DNA of 64,000 bases, taken from an uncultured Acidobacteriota bacterium. GTDB taxonomy: Bacteria > Acidobacteriota > Blastocatellia > RBC074. The position numbers and the translations under genes are program-made. This document shows positions 21,401-32,764 of this stretch, one piece after another. Numbering within the stretch: position 1 is the stretch's first letter; every line of letters starts with the position of its first letter. The DNA is taken from positions 896,001-960,000 of the forward strand of contig CAWCKY010000006.1 in the NCBI GenBank assembly GCA_963796275.1, read 5' to 3'. Below the pieces are notes generated by a model, which saw nothing but the letters and a program-made list of their open reading frames with translations, was not told where the DNA came from and ran no database searches.

Positions 21401-21877
21401 TCATGAACCAGGGGCGACGCGTTCGACATGAGCGATGAAGCATCCCGCTTTGGTACTGCGGATGTGGATATAGAGCACGGCCGGATTACGGAAGATGCGG
21501 ACGATGGCCTTTTCGATTTCATCCTCATCCGGTTGTTCCCGCGCGACAAGCCAGCGCCCCGCGCCATATCCTTCAAACGTGAGACTGAGCTTTTTCAGAT
21601 CCTCCGGAAACATTGATTCATGCTCAAACGGCGAACAATCATCCTCATGAATGAAAATCGGACCGGGCGACGGATACGGATCGGAGATGGTGAAGGAATT
21701 GTAAGTGAACAGTATCCGCCGGTCTTCTCCCGGCCGAATTCGCCGCAGACATAGCCTGCATGGCGGACGGTCACTGCCCGTATCGACATGAGCCAGATGC
21801 CCATAGTGCGGCGCCCTATGGGATTCGCGAACCTCGGTGGCAATGGCGGAAGCGATAGGAACGACTCGAAATGACAT
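21401..21877 (-). CDS. DUF1203-family protein
   Basis: PCR.CLR, PY...GPIFIH..C, YIH.R....GCF pattern; GGAG RBS. Confidence 0.8.
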   Translation of the reverse strand: MSFRVVPIASAIATEVRESHRAPHYGHLAHVDTGSDRPPCRLCLRRIRPGEDRRILFTYNSFTISDPYPSPGPIFIHEDDCSPFEHESMFPEDLKKLSLTFEGYGAGRWLVAREQPDEDEIEKAIVRIFRNPAVLYIHIRSTKAGCFIAHVERVAPGS

Positions 21878-21954
21878 AGATCACACTCCTCTAAAATATT
21901 GGTGTGGACGCAAGAGCGTCCGTTCACCGGGACCATAAGTCGTTTTGGCTTCGA

Positions 21955-22370
21955 TTATCTATCCGATTCTTGCTGTCCAATTAAAAAGTAACGCCTATGC
22001 TCTTTCTCCAGGTCCACCCAGTTAGGCAGCCGATCGTACCGATATAACCGGAACGTTCGAGTATCTTCGTCCAGCGGCTCCCATTCCGAGCTGTGGAATA
22101 CGACCTCGTATGCTTCCACCTGGCCGGCCATTCGTTGATGGTGCTCAATCTTGGCATTCTGAGGTAGGAAGCTTTTCAAACGGCTCACAACCTTTCAGGA
22201 TCAATCCCAAATAGATCAATGCCCTTGATGCAAATAGCTCGCAATTTTTTCTCCCCGTCTGCCTGCTCTCGAAGGAACACAAAAGCCGCTTTGTTGACTG
22301 CGGATTCTGGCGATTGTGAACGTCTATCCTGGTTGGTCTTCTTCCCGGTCCCCTTTGCAGCATATTCCAC
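21955..22370 (-). CDS. Hypothetical protein, probably one gene split by a frameshift near 22192
   Basis: Track ORFs 22185..22370 and 21955..22188 fuse (GIDPEKVVSRLKSF) if one A is added to GAAAGG; no family recognised. Confidence 0.4.
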
Positions 22371-22390
22371 TAGACCGGGACGTGCTGAAG

Positions 22391-22858
22391 TTAGATTGGA
22401 AGCATAGCCGCAGCGGTTACAAGGGATTCCACGCTACCCGCGAGCCATTTGCGACGCGAAACAGTGGTCATTTCATCGAATTGAATTCCGATCGTTTTCC
22501 ACTCCACAGGAGCGACGCTACCGCCCAAACTGATAAGCCGTCCCGGTGAAGTTCTGTGTGTGAGAATATTTCGAACATCCTTCCATTCCTCATATTCTGG
22601 GCTATCGAGTATGGATTGAAGAGTTATCGCGATCTGACCGCTAAATGCTCGCTGGAAAGCACGACTTGTGCTGTCTGGACGTACTCCGGATTTATCCCTC
22701 TCTGTAGAAAATGGAAAACTTCTTGGAGCCAGCATATAACCCAATGCATAGCACCCATAGTATAAGGATTCGATTGTTGACAGGCCTGTGGCGAAAAAGT
22801 TGAATAACTCCTGATCCTGTATGTACCGGTCTGGGAAGCCCGGTGTATTTCCCCAGGA
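22391..22858 (-). pseudogene. 5'-truncated gene with HEPN-like RxxxxH motif
   Basis: Open frame with no clear start: ...PDRYIQDQELFNFFATGLSTIESLYYGCYALG...WKDVRNILTHR... Confidence 0.45.
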
Positions 22859-22977
22859 AAGAACTTCTCTCGCACGCTACCGCCTTGATACATCGCTTTA
22901 TCCCCGTCCAGACCAAACGCGTTAGACGGTAATATCAAAGAGACTAATAAAGCTAAAACCATTGTTTGCTTCTTCAT
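22859..22977 (-). pseudogene. 5' fragment of an exported protein
   Basis: MKKQTMVLALLVSLILPSNAFG (signal peptide)-LDGDKAMYQGGSVREK, then runs out of frame into the preceding fragment. Confidence 0.4.
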
Positions 22978-23483
22978 ACTGTTTACCCTTTCTATTCACG
23001 AACACCATGTATTCACCGCCAACGCACGCGGGTAGCGGCTCCCTGCTCAAAGATGGCCTAGTAATTAAGTGCTGGAAAATGATCGGTTCTTTCAGGAAAC
23101 TTTGGATTGGTGCGCATAGGAAAGGCTGTTTGGATCTATGGAGGCTCGAGGGGCTATGGGTTGGACAAAAGAAACGGGCCGCCCCGAGAGTAGTAGCGAC
23201 CGTTTCTGTCGCGTGTCGTTAGATTCGCGTTTGTGTTGTGTGCTCTATGCCGGTGTACTGTGCTCTGTGGGCTCTACCCCAGCACCAGAATCTGGGAGAC
23301 ACGGTTTGAAATGCGTTCGCCCTGCTACACAACACGTTGGCCTGATGTAGCCTCGGCTCGGTCTAGTGAGATATCCAAACAAATATCCGTGAGTCGAAGC
23401 GCAATAAAGTGGGATCTGTTTGCCATTGCTAGACTCCTAAATAGAATGATGTCTGTAAAAGAATCTACTTTCAAAGGAAATAT

Positions 23484-23786
23484 ATGACCAAAAATCGTAT
23501 CGCATTAACAATAGTGGTTCTCGCACTGGGGTTCATTCTAGGTTTAGGGGTAAACCCGCTGTTTGCTTCACTTTCGAGGCGAGCTTTAGCAACCACAGAG
23601 ACACAATCTGGTACGCAGGGGGCGCAGAGAGCCTGGGAGCACCGCGTAATAATTCGTTCAATATTTTCGACGGAAAAACAACTGGAACGAGATCTCAGCC
23701 AATTGGGCAGCGAAGGATTTGAGGTCTGTGGAATGACGGTCAAGGAAAAAGATATTGTGATTGTGCTTCGTCGGCCTGGTAAGTAA
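23484..23786 (+). CDS. Small exported/membrane protein with DUF4177-like domain
   Basis: N-terminal hydrophobic helix, WEHRV...LSQLGSEGFEV...LRRP resembles the WEY...LN.LG.EGWELV pattern; AAGGA RBS. Confidence 0.55.
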   Translation: MTKNRIALTIVVLALGFILGLGVNPLFASLSRRALATTETQSGTQGAQRAWEHRVIIRSIFSTEKQLERDLSQLGSEGFEVCGMTVKEKDIVIVLRRPGK

Positions 23787-23929
23787 AGCCAGACATACGA
23801 AAAGCCGCACGGTGAGGGCGAAGACGTGGGCGAGGTGTCTGCCCTCTGGGCTTAGGAGACTGGTATATCAAGCAACCACCCGCGCAGCAGGAGCCGGTCA
23901 ACTATGTCGCGCTCGACCTCGGACAGGCA

Positions 23930-24322
23930 TCACCGGCGATCTCCAGTCTTTGGGACGAATTTACCTTGCTTGATCTCATGGTCCTTTAAGACTGAGACTG
24001 TTCCCTCCACGACTTGGTGCAAAAGTTTTATCGCATTCAGCGCGTCGGTTTGCGATTCGCGGCCGCGGGCATGGGCGTATTTATTTCGAAGTTGCACAAG
24101 ACTATCGACGGCTTTGAACGTCTCTTTGGACAGCAATTCGGCTTTCAGGAGGAGCTTGGCAATACGGAAAACTTCGACCTGTTCGAGTTTCTCGATAACC
24201 TCATTCTTGGGCGTATCGACTTTGCCGTTTTTCTCAATCTTGATCGAGGCGCAGAGGATATCCTCAACAATTTTAAGTATTCTCCACCTGTGTATTTCAC
24301 AATGAGCTGGGGAAGGTCCCAT
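23930..24322 (-). pseudogene. Gene fragment with HEPN/DUF4145-like RxxxxH motif
   Basis: LL.KE.F..VD.L.QLRNKYAH; 5' end unclear. Confidence 0.4.
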
Positions 24323-24591
24323 ATGCGCTCGACTGACGCATCAAGCCGCTTCTCCAGATTGCCCCTAGGCATATCCGCGAAATTCTGTCGGTCGCGCAAT
24401 GTTGCTCGGCCATCGCGATCCGCGAATGGCGGCGCGCTACCAGCATTTGAGCCTTCTTTTCTGGGGAAGGCCGTCGAGTTGTTGGATGCGGTTTTTGGTT
24501 CTAATTTGGCTGAAAATGGGGAAGAACGTTACCAAGACGTTACCAGCGAAAAGGCGCTAACTGAAACCTCGGCTGCAAAGGATTGATTCTA

Positions 24592-24676
<85 letters not shown>

Positions 24677-24697
24677 CTCGATTTGTCAGAGAATCAA

Positions 24698-24751
24698 TTA
24701 TCTTATCGAATATCCTATCGAATATCTTATATCCTATCGATTATCTTATCG
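24698..24751. repeat. Short degenerate tandem repeat (TATCYTATCGA-like, about 5 units)
   Basis: TTATCTTATCGAATATCCTATCGAATATCTTATATCCTATCGATTATCTTATCG in the tRNA leader. Confidence 0.7.
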
Positions 24752-24800
24752 CTTTTAGTGTCTTCAATGGATTAGATATCGTCTGAGCAGCAAAGCGGAG

Positions 24801-24829
24801 ATAATACTCATCCGGATGCTGTTCGTCAA
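24801..24829 (-). promoter_or_regulatory. Sigma70-type promoter for tRNA-Glu
   Basis: TTGACG-17 bp-TATTAT on the minus strand. Confidence 0.6.
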
Positions 24830-25004
24830 CCGCAAACGCATTGAACTTGTGAGCATTCTCGGCGCTATGCTAGACTTCCCGGAACGTGAAAAGGATCATC
24901 TGTTTTGCGGGTGATGTATATATTTACCATCGTTCACTTCAGCTATCCGTCCTCATCACAAGGCATCGCTGTGTTGGACGGTTTTCGGTGTAGGACAACG
25001 GTTG

Positions 25005-26672
25005 ATGAAATTAGGAAAACCCCGATTTAAATTCCATTGGATAATAGCACTTTGCCTGTCGTTCGTTGCCTTGACAGGAAAAGGCATGGCGGGAGACATA
25101 ATTCTGGTCATGCCCTTCGAGAACAGATCGCAGATGGGCGAATATAACTGGATTCGGGACAGCTTCGCTATCCTCATGGGCAATATGCTAGAGGTTCCGG
25201 GGATCGCGATTATCGGATCCGAAGAGAGGAACCTTGCTTTTGATAAGTTGCGGTTGAGCCCGAATGATCTGCTCACGCGCGCTGCCATGATCCGTGTCGC
25301 TGAGACTGCGCGCGCCAACCTGGCTCTTATCGGAGAGTTCGATATCGGCGGTGAGAAAGAGAATGCGACCATCGCGATCAACGCTCGGCTGATCGAAACG
25401 CAGGAAGGCCGTCTGGTCGGCAACAAAGTTTTCAATATGAGCGGCCCGCTATCCGGCCTCCAGCAGATGCAGGGGCAGCTTGCCTGGAATATTCTTAATT
25501 TGCGCAACCCATCGCTGCCTTACTCCAGAGATCAATTTGCCGGAAAATCATCGAGCGCTCCCCCGCGCGCTTACGAGAGCTTTATCAAGGCCGTGCAGAC
25601 CCGGGATATGAAACTGCGCGAGGGGTTTCTGCGCCGCGCGATTCAGGAGTTCGGGAGCGAAGGCGGCTCAGGCCAATATGCGCAGGCGATCACCGAACTG
25701 GGCCTCTGCCAGTATCGACAGGGCAAGCACGCCGATGCCATCAAACTATTCAAGGAACTGGGCAAGGACGACCCGGGTTATGAGGAAGGCCTCTTCTATC
25801 TCGGCCTCTCCGCATACAGAGCCGGCGATATCAATGAATCGCTGGCCGCCCTGGGAAAACTCGCCGAGTTGACTCCGATGGTGGAGGTGTTTAACAACAC
25901 GGGCGCCGTGATGCTGGTAAAGGGCGACAACCCAAATGCCATGCAGATGCTGCGCCGCGCAGTCGCCAATGCGCCGAACGATCCGCTCTACCGATTCAAC
26001 TACGGATACGCGTTGTGGCGTAATCAGAATCATAGCGAGGCTATCCAACATCTGAACGTCGCGATCAAATCGAACCCGCGCGACGGCGAGGCCTACTTTC
26101 TGCTCGCTAAATGCCTGGCCGCATCCGGGCAGCAGGCGGATGCTGCGAAAGCCGACAACGAAGCGAAACGACATCTACCAGCTTACGCCAAATGGGCGGT
26201 CGACCCCGACCGCATTCCCCCGCCCGTCCGTTTCAAGCTGGAGTTCAATCGAGCCGCGTTCGACCGGTACGAACGCCAGCAGCAGGCTGTTCCGAAAGGA
26301 CCGACGGCCCAAGAGATATCACAGCGGCAGAGTCTCGACCGCGCGCGCCAGTTGATCCTGGAGAACAATGATGCGGAGGCGACCAACCTTCTGCAGCGTG
26401 TGCTGCAGGTTGAAGGAACAAATGCCGAAGCCTATTTTCTTCGCGGGATAATATATTATCGGCGCAACGAAACGGATAACGCGGTCAACGCCCTCCGGAC
26501 CGCCGTTTCCTATAATCCGCGCCTCATCGAGGCGCACATCGCGCTCGGCCGCCTGTACCTCGCACGCGGGGATCGCGCGCTTGCACTGGCCCACTCCAGA
26601 CAGGCGATCGAGATCGATCCGCAGAACCGCGACGCTATTGCGCTCAAACAACAGGTGGAGACCGGTCGCTGA
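25005..26672 (+). CDS. Exported TPR-repeat protein with N-terminal TolB-N/FlgO-like domain
   Basis: Signal peptide, ILVMPFEN...WI...L, many TPR units (AYFLLA, AYFLRG, AHIALG...AIEIDP). Confidence 0.8.
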   Translation: MKLGKPRFKFHWIIALCLSFVALTGKGMAGDIILVMPFENRSQMGEYNWIRDSFAILMGNMLEVPGIAIIGSEERNLAFDKLRLSPNDLLTRAAMIRVAETARANLALIGEFDIGGEKENATIAINARLIETQEGRLVGNKVFNMSGPLSGLQQMQGQLAWNILNLRNPSLPYSRDQFAGKSSSAPPRAYESFIKAVQTRDMKLREGFLRRAIQEFGSEGGSGQYAQAITELGLCQYRQGKHADAIKLFKELGKDDPGYEEGLFYLGLSAYRAGDINESLAALGKLAELTPMVEVFNNTGAVMLVKGDNPNAMQMLRRAVANAPNDPLYRFNYGYALWRNQNHSEAIQHLNVAIKSNPRDGEAYFLLAKCLAASGQQADAAKADNEAKRHLPAYAKWAVDPDRIPPPVRFKLEFNRAAFDRYERQQQAVPKGPTAQEISQRQSLDRARQLILENNDAEATNLLQRVLQVEGTNAEAYFLRGIIYYRRNETDNAVNALRTAVSYNPRLIEAHIALGRLYLARGDRALALAHSRQAIEIDPQNRDAIALKQQVETGR

Positions 26673-26839
26673 CGGTTTCCTACTCCCCCGCAATAAAATA
26701 TAATCTGCATTCTTCTATCCGTCGGTTTGCGTATGAATATAGTTGGACAAATAATTTAATAATCGTTGCATCAATGAGACGATTGGATACGGCTAGAAGT
26801 TGGGTATTAGGTAATAGACGATTTAGGAAAACAAACCAG

Positions 26840-27817
26840 ATGATCACTTTAGTCGAATATCCGAAGCGGAGTCGCAAGCTGGTCCTCGCCCTCATACTTT
26901 CTGTTGCAGCTCACGGAGTGATCTATAGCGTTGCAGTTTACGCTTCACTCATAAGCATCGTAATAGGACTCAGCGATTTTAAGTTCGTAGAGGAAGACTA
27001 CAACAAGGCAATTCTGATCAACTTTTCCAAAAGATTCACATATCCGCCCGGATACATCGGGTTCCGCCCTCCTGAAAAGACGCGATCATTGAAAGAGATC
27101 AACAAAGAGGTCGATCGGCGCGCTCGTTTAGAGGCGGCTCGACGCAAACGCGAGCAGGAGCGCATTGCGCGGGAAAAAGCTGAGGCTGAGAAACGCGCAG
27201 AAGAAGAGAAGGCCAGAGCCGAAGAGCTGGCGAAGGCGGCTCCGGTTCCGACGCCGACGCCGCCTCCACCGAAAAGCGATTATCCCGGCGGGTTCGGCAA
27301 GATCAACACGGCGCCGATCAAGGATCAGATACAACAGCTTTACAATGCCAAGAAGGCGGGGAAACTCATCATCCCGGAAGGCAAATTAAAGGTGGGAGTC
27401 GCCGGCTCTATCAAATCGGACGGCGCCCTCGCCGACTATCGCATCATTATTTCTTCAGGGATCAAGGAGGTTGACGCATCCGCGCTCGCGATTCTCGATG
27501 CCGTGAGTGCGAGCCGCGCGTTGGGACCGTTACAGCACCTCACGTCGTTGAGCATGGTTCTGGATGTGGACAATGTAGCTCAACTCACCGTTGTCGGGTT
27601 TACGAGCACAGAGAAGGAGGCGCGGGATATTGTCAGTCTGGCAAAGGCCGCGCTGCTCATCGCTCGCATAAAAAAAGCCGACGATCCGGCGGTGGCCGTG
27701 ATGCTCAAGAACCTCAAAGTCGAACACGATGGCAATCGCGTTCACGCAGTCATCAGCGTGCCCCGGCAAACAGCGGCCGACACTCTGACCAAGAGTCTGG
27801 ATAAAGGGCAGACATGA
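26840..27817 (+). CDS. TolA/TonB-like membrane-anchored protein
   Basis: N-terminal TM with S...HG, E/K/R/A-rich coiled coil, Pro-rich linker (PVPTPTPPPP), C-terminal I..DG......I..SSG....D..AL TonB_C-like motif. Confidence 0.6.
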   Translation: MITLVEYPKRSRKLVLALILSVAAHGVIYSVAVYASLISIVIGLSDFKFVEEDYNKAILINFSKRFTYPPGYIGFRPPEKTRSLKEINKEVDRRARLEAARRKREQERIAREKAEAEKRAEEEKARAEELAKAAPVPTPTPPPPKSDYPGGFGKINTAPIKDQIQQLYNAKKAGKLIIPEGKLKVGVAGSIKSDGALADYRIIISSGIKEVDASALAILDAVSASRALGPLQHLTSLSMVLDVDNVAQLTVVGFTSTEKEARDIVSLAKAALLIARIKKADDPAVAVMLKNLKVEHDGNRVHAVISVPRQTAADTLTKSLDKGQT

Positions 27818-27850
27818 GAGTGGGTTAAATGGGACAGGTCCCTCGTCTCC

Positions 27851-28624
27851 TCAGTCTTCATTCGGGAAATGCCTGCCGATAAATGCATCGTAAACGAAAG
27901 CGCCCAACGGGCCACCGATCAGCGGTCCGATGATCGGAACCCAGAACCAGTAATCGCCCGCGCGGAAGACTTCCGTCCCCCATCCCGCGATCGCCGTAAA
28001 CAGACGCGGCCCGAGGTCGCGCGCCGGATTTATTGCGTAACCCGCGTTAAAGCCGAACGCCATGCCGATCGCCATCACCAGGAAGCCGACGACGATCGGC
28101 CCCAGGTTGCCCGCCGCGTTATTGCGCGCATCGCCGATCGCCATAATCACCAGCAATAAAATAGCCGTCCCGAAGATTTGATCGACCAGGCCGCCGAAGA
28201 TCGACAGATATGGCTGCGGATATGTGGAGAAAATTCCGGCAGTGCCTTTCTCGCCCAGAACCATGCGCGATCCGTTGTCGAAGGAGTTGAATGCCTCGCG
28301 ATAGACGAAATAGACGAGAGCCGCGCCGGTAAAGGCCCCGGAGGTCTGCGCAACCCAATATGGGATCACTTTTGGCCAGGCAAATCCGCGGCGCACGGCG
28401 AGCGCGAGTGTGACGGCCGGATTGAGGTGTGCGCCGGTCACTCCGCCCGCGATATAGATACCCATCGTCACCCCTAAGCCCCACGCGAGATTGATCGAGA
28501 GGTAGCTTCCGTTCTGTTGATTGCTCAGGATAACCTGTGCGACGACACCTGCACCGAATGCGATGAGTACCAATGTGCCGAGGAATTCGGCGAATAACTC
28601 ATGCTTCAAAGAATAACTTTTCAT
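27851..28624 (-). CDS. glpF: MIP-family aquaglyceroporin
   Basis: AEFLGT, GAHLNPAVT, GYAINPARDLGPR, WVPIIGP. Confidence 0.92.
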   Translation of the reverse strand: MKSYSLKHELFAEFLGTLVLIAFGAGVVAQVILSNQQNGSYLSINLAWGLGVTMGIYIAGGVTGAHLNPAVTLALAVRRGFAWPKVIPYWVAQTSGAFTGAALVYFVYREAFNSFDNGSRMVLGEKGTAGIFSTYPQPYLSIFGGLVDQIFGTAILLLVIMAIGDARNNAAGNLGPIVVGFLVMAIGMAFGFNAGYAINPARDLGPRLFTAIAGWGTEVFRAGDYWFWVPIIGPLIGGPLGAFVYDAFIGRHFPNED

Positions 28625-28633
28625 AGCCCGCTA

Positions 28634-30713
28634 TTATTGGCTGGATGATTGGGCAACCGGTTTTGTCTCCGCAGGATTCGGACGTTTGATTCCGAGGTGC
28701 GAGTCAAACCATGCGAGTTGCCGGGTGACGAGATCGATCAGCATGGTTCGGCTCCTGAATGCTGTGTCCCTCTCGGGGATAGCGCAGGAAGACGACATCG
28801 ACGCCGAGTTTCTTGAGCGCGCGGTAGAACTGTTCGGCCTGCGCGATCGGCACGCGCATATCACGTTCTCCGTGCGTGATCATGATCGGAGTCTTGACGC
28901 GGTCGACGTAGCTCATAGGAGATTGTTTCCGGTAATTCTCGGGAGAAGTCCAGGGTTGGCCTGCCAGACCGTACTCCATCAAACCCGGGACATCGCTCTG
29001 GCCGTGGAAGCTGTACCAGTCGCTGATTCCGGCGTGACCGATCGCGGCTTTGAATCGATCGGTCTGTGTGATGGTCCAGAAGGTCATAAAACCTCCGTAG
29101 CTCCCGCCCATCACCCCAAGCTTCTCCGGATCGGCGACGCCTCTGGCAATCAGGTAGTCGACTCCGGCCATGATGTCTTTAAAATCCTTGCCGCCCCAGT
29201 CGCCGATATTCGAGGTCGAGAACTGCTGGCCGTATCCCGTCGAACCGCGCGGATTGGGCATCAGGACTGCGTAACCGTTGGCCGCGAATATCTGCGCGCG
29301 GCTGTTGAATGTGTCGCTGAACCTCGAATAAGGCCCGCCGTGAATCTGCAGGATCAGCGGATATCGTTTCCCTTCCTGATAACCGAGCGGTTTGACGAGC
29401 AGGCCTTCGATGTTGAAGTTGTCTGCCCCTTTCCATCTGATGACGTTCGTTTCGGCGATCGCAAAATCTTTGATCTCAGGGTTGACCCAGGTGACCTTTT
29501 TCGCTTCCTCAATTTTGCTCAACGGCGCAACCCAGATGTCCTCCGGCGTGAAGCTATCGCTCACACTGTAAGCTATCTTCCAATTGTGTGAGGAAGTGCC
29601 CGAATCGGCCGGAGCTGACGTGTCTTTCATTCGTCTGCCCGCGATGTCGAATGGGCCATAACTGCGATGCTCGCCCGTCACCTGAGCTACCGGCCCGCCA
29701 TCGACCGACACCTTATAGATGTGCATGTGAACTCCCTGGCTGGCCGAAAAGTAGATAGCCCGGCCATCCGGCCCCCAATCCATGGAAGAGCCGACCGATT
29801 CGATGAAATCTTTCGTCAAATTGCGCGGCATCTGTTCGTCAGGCGAGACGACCATCAGGTCGCTCTTGGTCGCCCATGAATCTGGCTCGCTGTTGGCCAC
29901 ATAAGCTAGCAACTTGCCGTCAGGGGACCATTGCGGATTGACGTCCGCCGCTGGGTTTGTGGTCAACCGGCGCAGCGTACCCCCCGCGGCCGATACCAGG
30001 TAAATATCGGTATTACGGTTTTCCGAGATGTCGATATATGTGCTCTCCTGCACCCCCCCGGGCGACATCTCGAAGGCGATCGACGTACCGTCGGGCGACC
30101 ATCGCGGATTGTTCACGGTAAAATCGCCCTCCGTGATGCGTTTCTTCACTTTCGTGTCGACGTTGATCGTCCAGAGATGTGTATAGGTGTAGTTGGAATC
30201 GACGACGATCGCGTCGAATTTCTCTTTCTTCTTCTTATCGCGTTCGGCCTTATTTTTCGGGACATCGCGCGTGACGTATGCGATTTGATTCCCGTCGGGA
30301 GACCAGCGGAAAGATTGAACATCGTTCTCTTCGATGGTCAGTTTTTCGGACTCGCCGCCGAAGACCGGGAGCATCCATATCTGCATCCCTTTATCGCGGT
30401 CCGCGAGAAAGGCGAGGAACATGCCATCGGGCGACCACTGGGGTGACGACTCTCCCTTATCGCCGTTCGTGAGTCTGGTTGAACGACCGCCGTCGGTCGA
30501 GGCGAGCCAGACATGAGTGACCCGGCGATTCTCTTCCTTGTCCCATTCGGAAATTGTGTAAGCGACCCATTTCCCATCTGGCGAAATCTGTGGGGCGCCT
30601 GCTTGCTTGATGGCCAGGCCCGTTTCAACGGTCACCCGCTTCTCACCGGGCGCGGCGAAAGCGAGAGCGAATACGAACAGGGTATAGATGAGAGAAGTCG
30701 TGAACCTCTTCAT
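28634..30713 (-). CDS. S9 family peptidase (acylaminoacyl peptidase-like) with beta-propeller; frameshift near 28742
   Basis: WSPDG repeats, IHGGP, NPRGSTGYG, GGSYGG, HGERDMRVP, YPREGH. The normal tail LIDLVTRQLAWFDSHL continues in another frame to TAA at 28634. Confidence 0.9.
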
Positions 30714-30960
30714 TACAATCTCCTTGCACACCTAAAGTGTTGGAATCGAGGGATTGAAGGTTGACATGATCGCGCCGCATCATAGCTTTATAACCTTCCT
30801 CAATCAACAGAGAAAGAATTAACAAAAAAGACGAAAAGTTGCAAAAGTGATAAAAATTTCCCTTATTTTTCGCCGGTTGCCTTTTTTTGCCATTTTTGTT
30901 TCCCTATATTTAACATCGTCGCACGTATAAACATAACCGATTTCTCAAACATCGAATACT

Positions 30961-32551
30961 ATGACAAGAATATCCTCCTTTCTCTTTGCTCTCGTCGCGG
31001 TCGTTCTGTCATTTAGCGAAGCGCCAACCGCGACCGAATTCGATCTGCTCATCTCCGGCGGACGCATCGTCGATGGCACCGGTAATCCCTGGTTCGAGTC
31101 AGACATCGCGCTCAAAGACGGGCGGATTGCCGCGATCGGCAAGATCGAACCGTCGCGCGCCGCAAGCGCGATCAGCGCAAAAGGACTGATCGTCGCCCCC
31201 GGCTTCATCGATGTTCATGCGCACATCGAGAGGGGCATCGAGCAGCTTCCGACCGCCGAGAACTATCTACGAATGGGCGTGACATCGGTCGTTACTGGTA
31301 ATTGCGGCGGGTCGGCATCGAATTTGGATGAGTGGTTCGCCGGTCTCGAAAAATCAGGAATATCGATCAATATCGCTTCACTCATCGGCCATAACACAGT
31401 CAGGCGTGAGGGAATGAGCGGGGATTTCGATAGGCCGCCGAATGCTGAAGAATTGCAGAAGATGCGCGACCTGGTCGACAAGGCTATGCGCGATGGGGCT
31501 GTCGGATTATCGACCGGACTCGAATATATACCCGGGACATACGCCCGGACCGACGAGATCGTTGAACTGGCGCGAGTCTCTGCGCAGTATGGCGGAGTCT
31601 ATGCGACTCATATGCGCGACGAGGGCGAGTCGGTGGAACAATCGATCAGAGAATCGATGGAGATAGGCGAGAAGGCCGGGTGTCCGGTGGAGATCTCGCA
31701 TTTCAAGATAGCGAGCAAGAAACGATGGGGAATGAGCGTCAATACGATCAAGTTGGTCGAAGATGCCCGGAAGCGCGGGTTGCAGGTCACCGTCGACCAA
31801 TACCTCTACCCGGCGGGAAGCACGGGAATCGGGATACTCTTCCCATCCTGGGTCTTCGATGGCGGGGCAGAGAAGACGAGGGAAAAATTGAAGGACGGCC
31901 CGACGCGCGAACGCGTTCGCCGCGAATTGATCGAGCGGGCTAAGTCGCAAGGATTCCGTGATTTCGCTTACGCGTTTGTCGCAAACCATCAAGCCGATCC
32001 GGACTTCAACGGCAAAAATATCGCTGAGATTACGAAGATCGTGAAGAAAAAGAGCGACGTCGACGCTCAGGCGGAGCAAGTAATCGACATTTGGCTGGCC
32101 GGAGGTGCGCAGATGGTTCTGCACAAAATGTCGGAGGGCGATGTCGAGCGAATTTTCAAGCAGCCCTTCACTATGGTCGCGGCTGATGCCGGTGTGATCG
32201 ACGCCGGCAGCGCCGAGCATTCCTCATCCGCGCGGGTTCGGCAATAATGCGCGCGCCCTCGGCGTTTATGTCCGCGCGAAAAAGCTGATCGGCCTCGAAG
32301 AGGCGATCCGGAAGATGACCGCCTTGCCTGCCCAGACCTTCAATCTTTGGGATCGCGGCCTGCTGCGTCCGGGGATGGCGGCCGACCTGGTCCTCTTCGA
32401 TGAGAAGACAGTGATCGACCGCGCGACATTTCAAGACCCGAAACAATACCCATCAGGTATCGATTATGTGATCGTCAACGGTAAGGTCGTGATCGATCGT
32501 GGCGCGCACAACGGCGCCAAACCCGGCAAGATTTTAAGGAGACTCCGATAA
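30961..32551 (+). CDS. N-acyl-D-amino-acid deacylase (D-aminoacylase); frameshift near 32212
   Basis: PGFIDVHAH, GNCG, GHN..R, GLSTGL.Y.PG, THMRDE, SHFK; conserved IPHPRGFG...EAIRKMT..PA...RG.LRPGM.ADLV continues in a shifted frame. Confidence 0.88.
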
Positions 32552-32764
32552 TCGATCGCAGGATCACGTGAGCGGATAAACGGCAGATGGAGTACCCTGA
32601 CGTAAACGGATTTTTAGCTTATAGTCGCTGTGCTCTATTCCCCGGTCTCGGGGAATCAGGCGGTTCGGCTCTTGCGTCACATCTTCTTTCATCGCTACAC
32701 TGAACCATCATTCCGACAAAGAGACTGAGAAATCTGCCTCATCTTCTCGCTCATTAACGAAACA

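Noticed and set aside
30820-30903. A-rich/T-rich loose inverted tracts (also near 15190, 44450, 47080)
   Set aside because: Too degenerate to define as elements or terminators from sequence alone.
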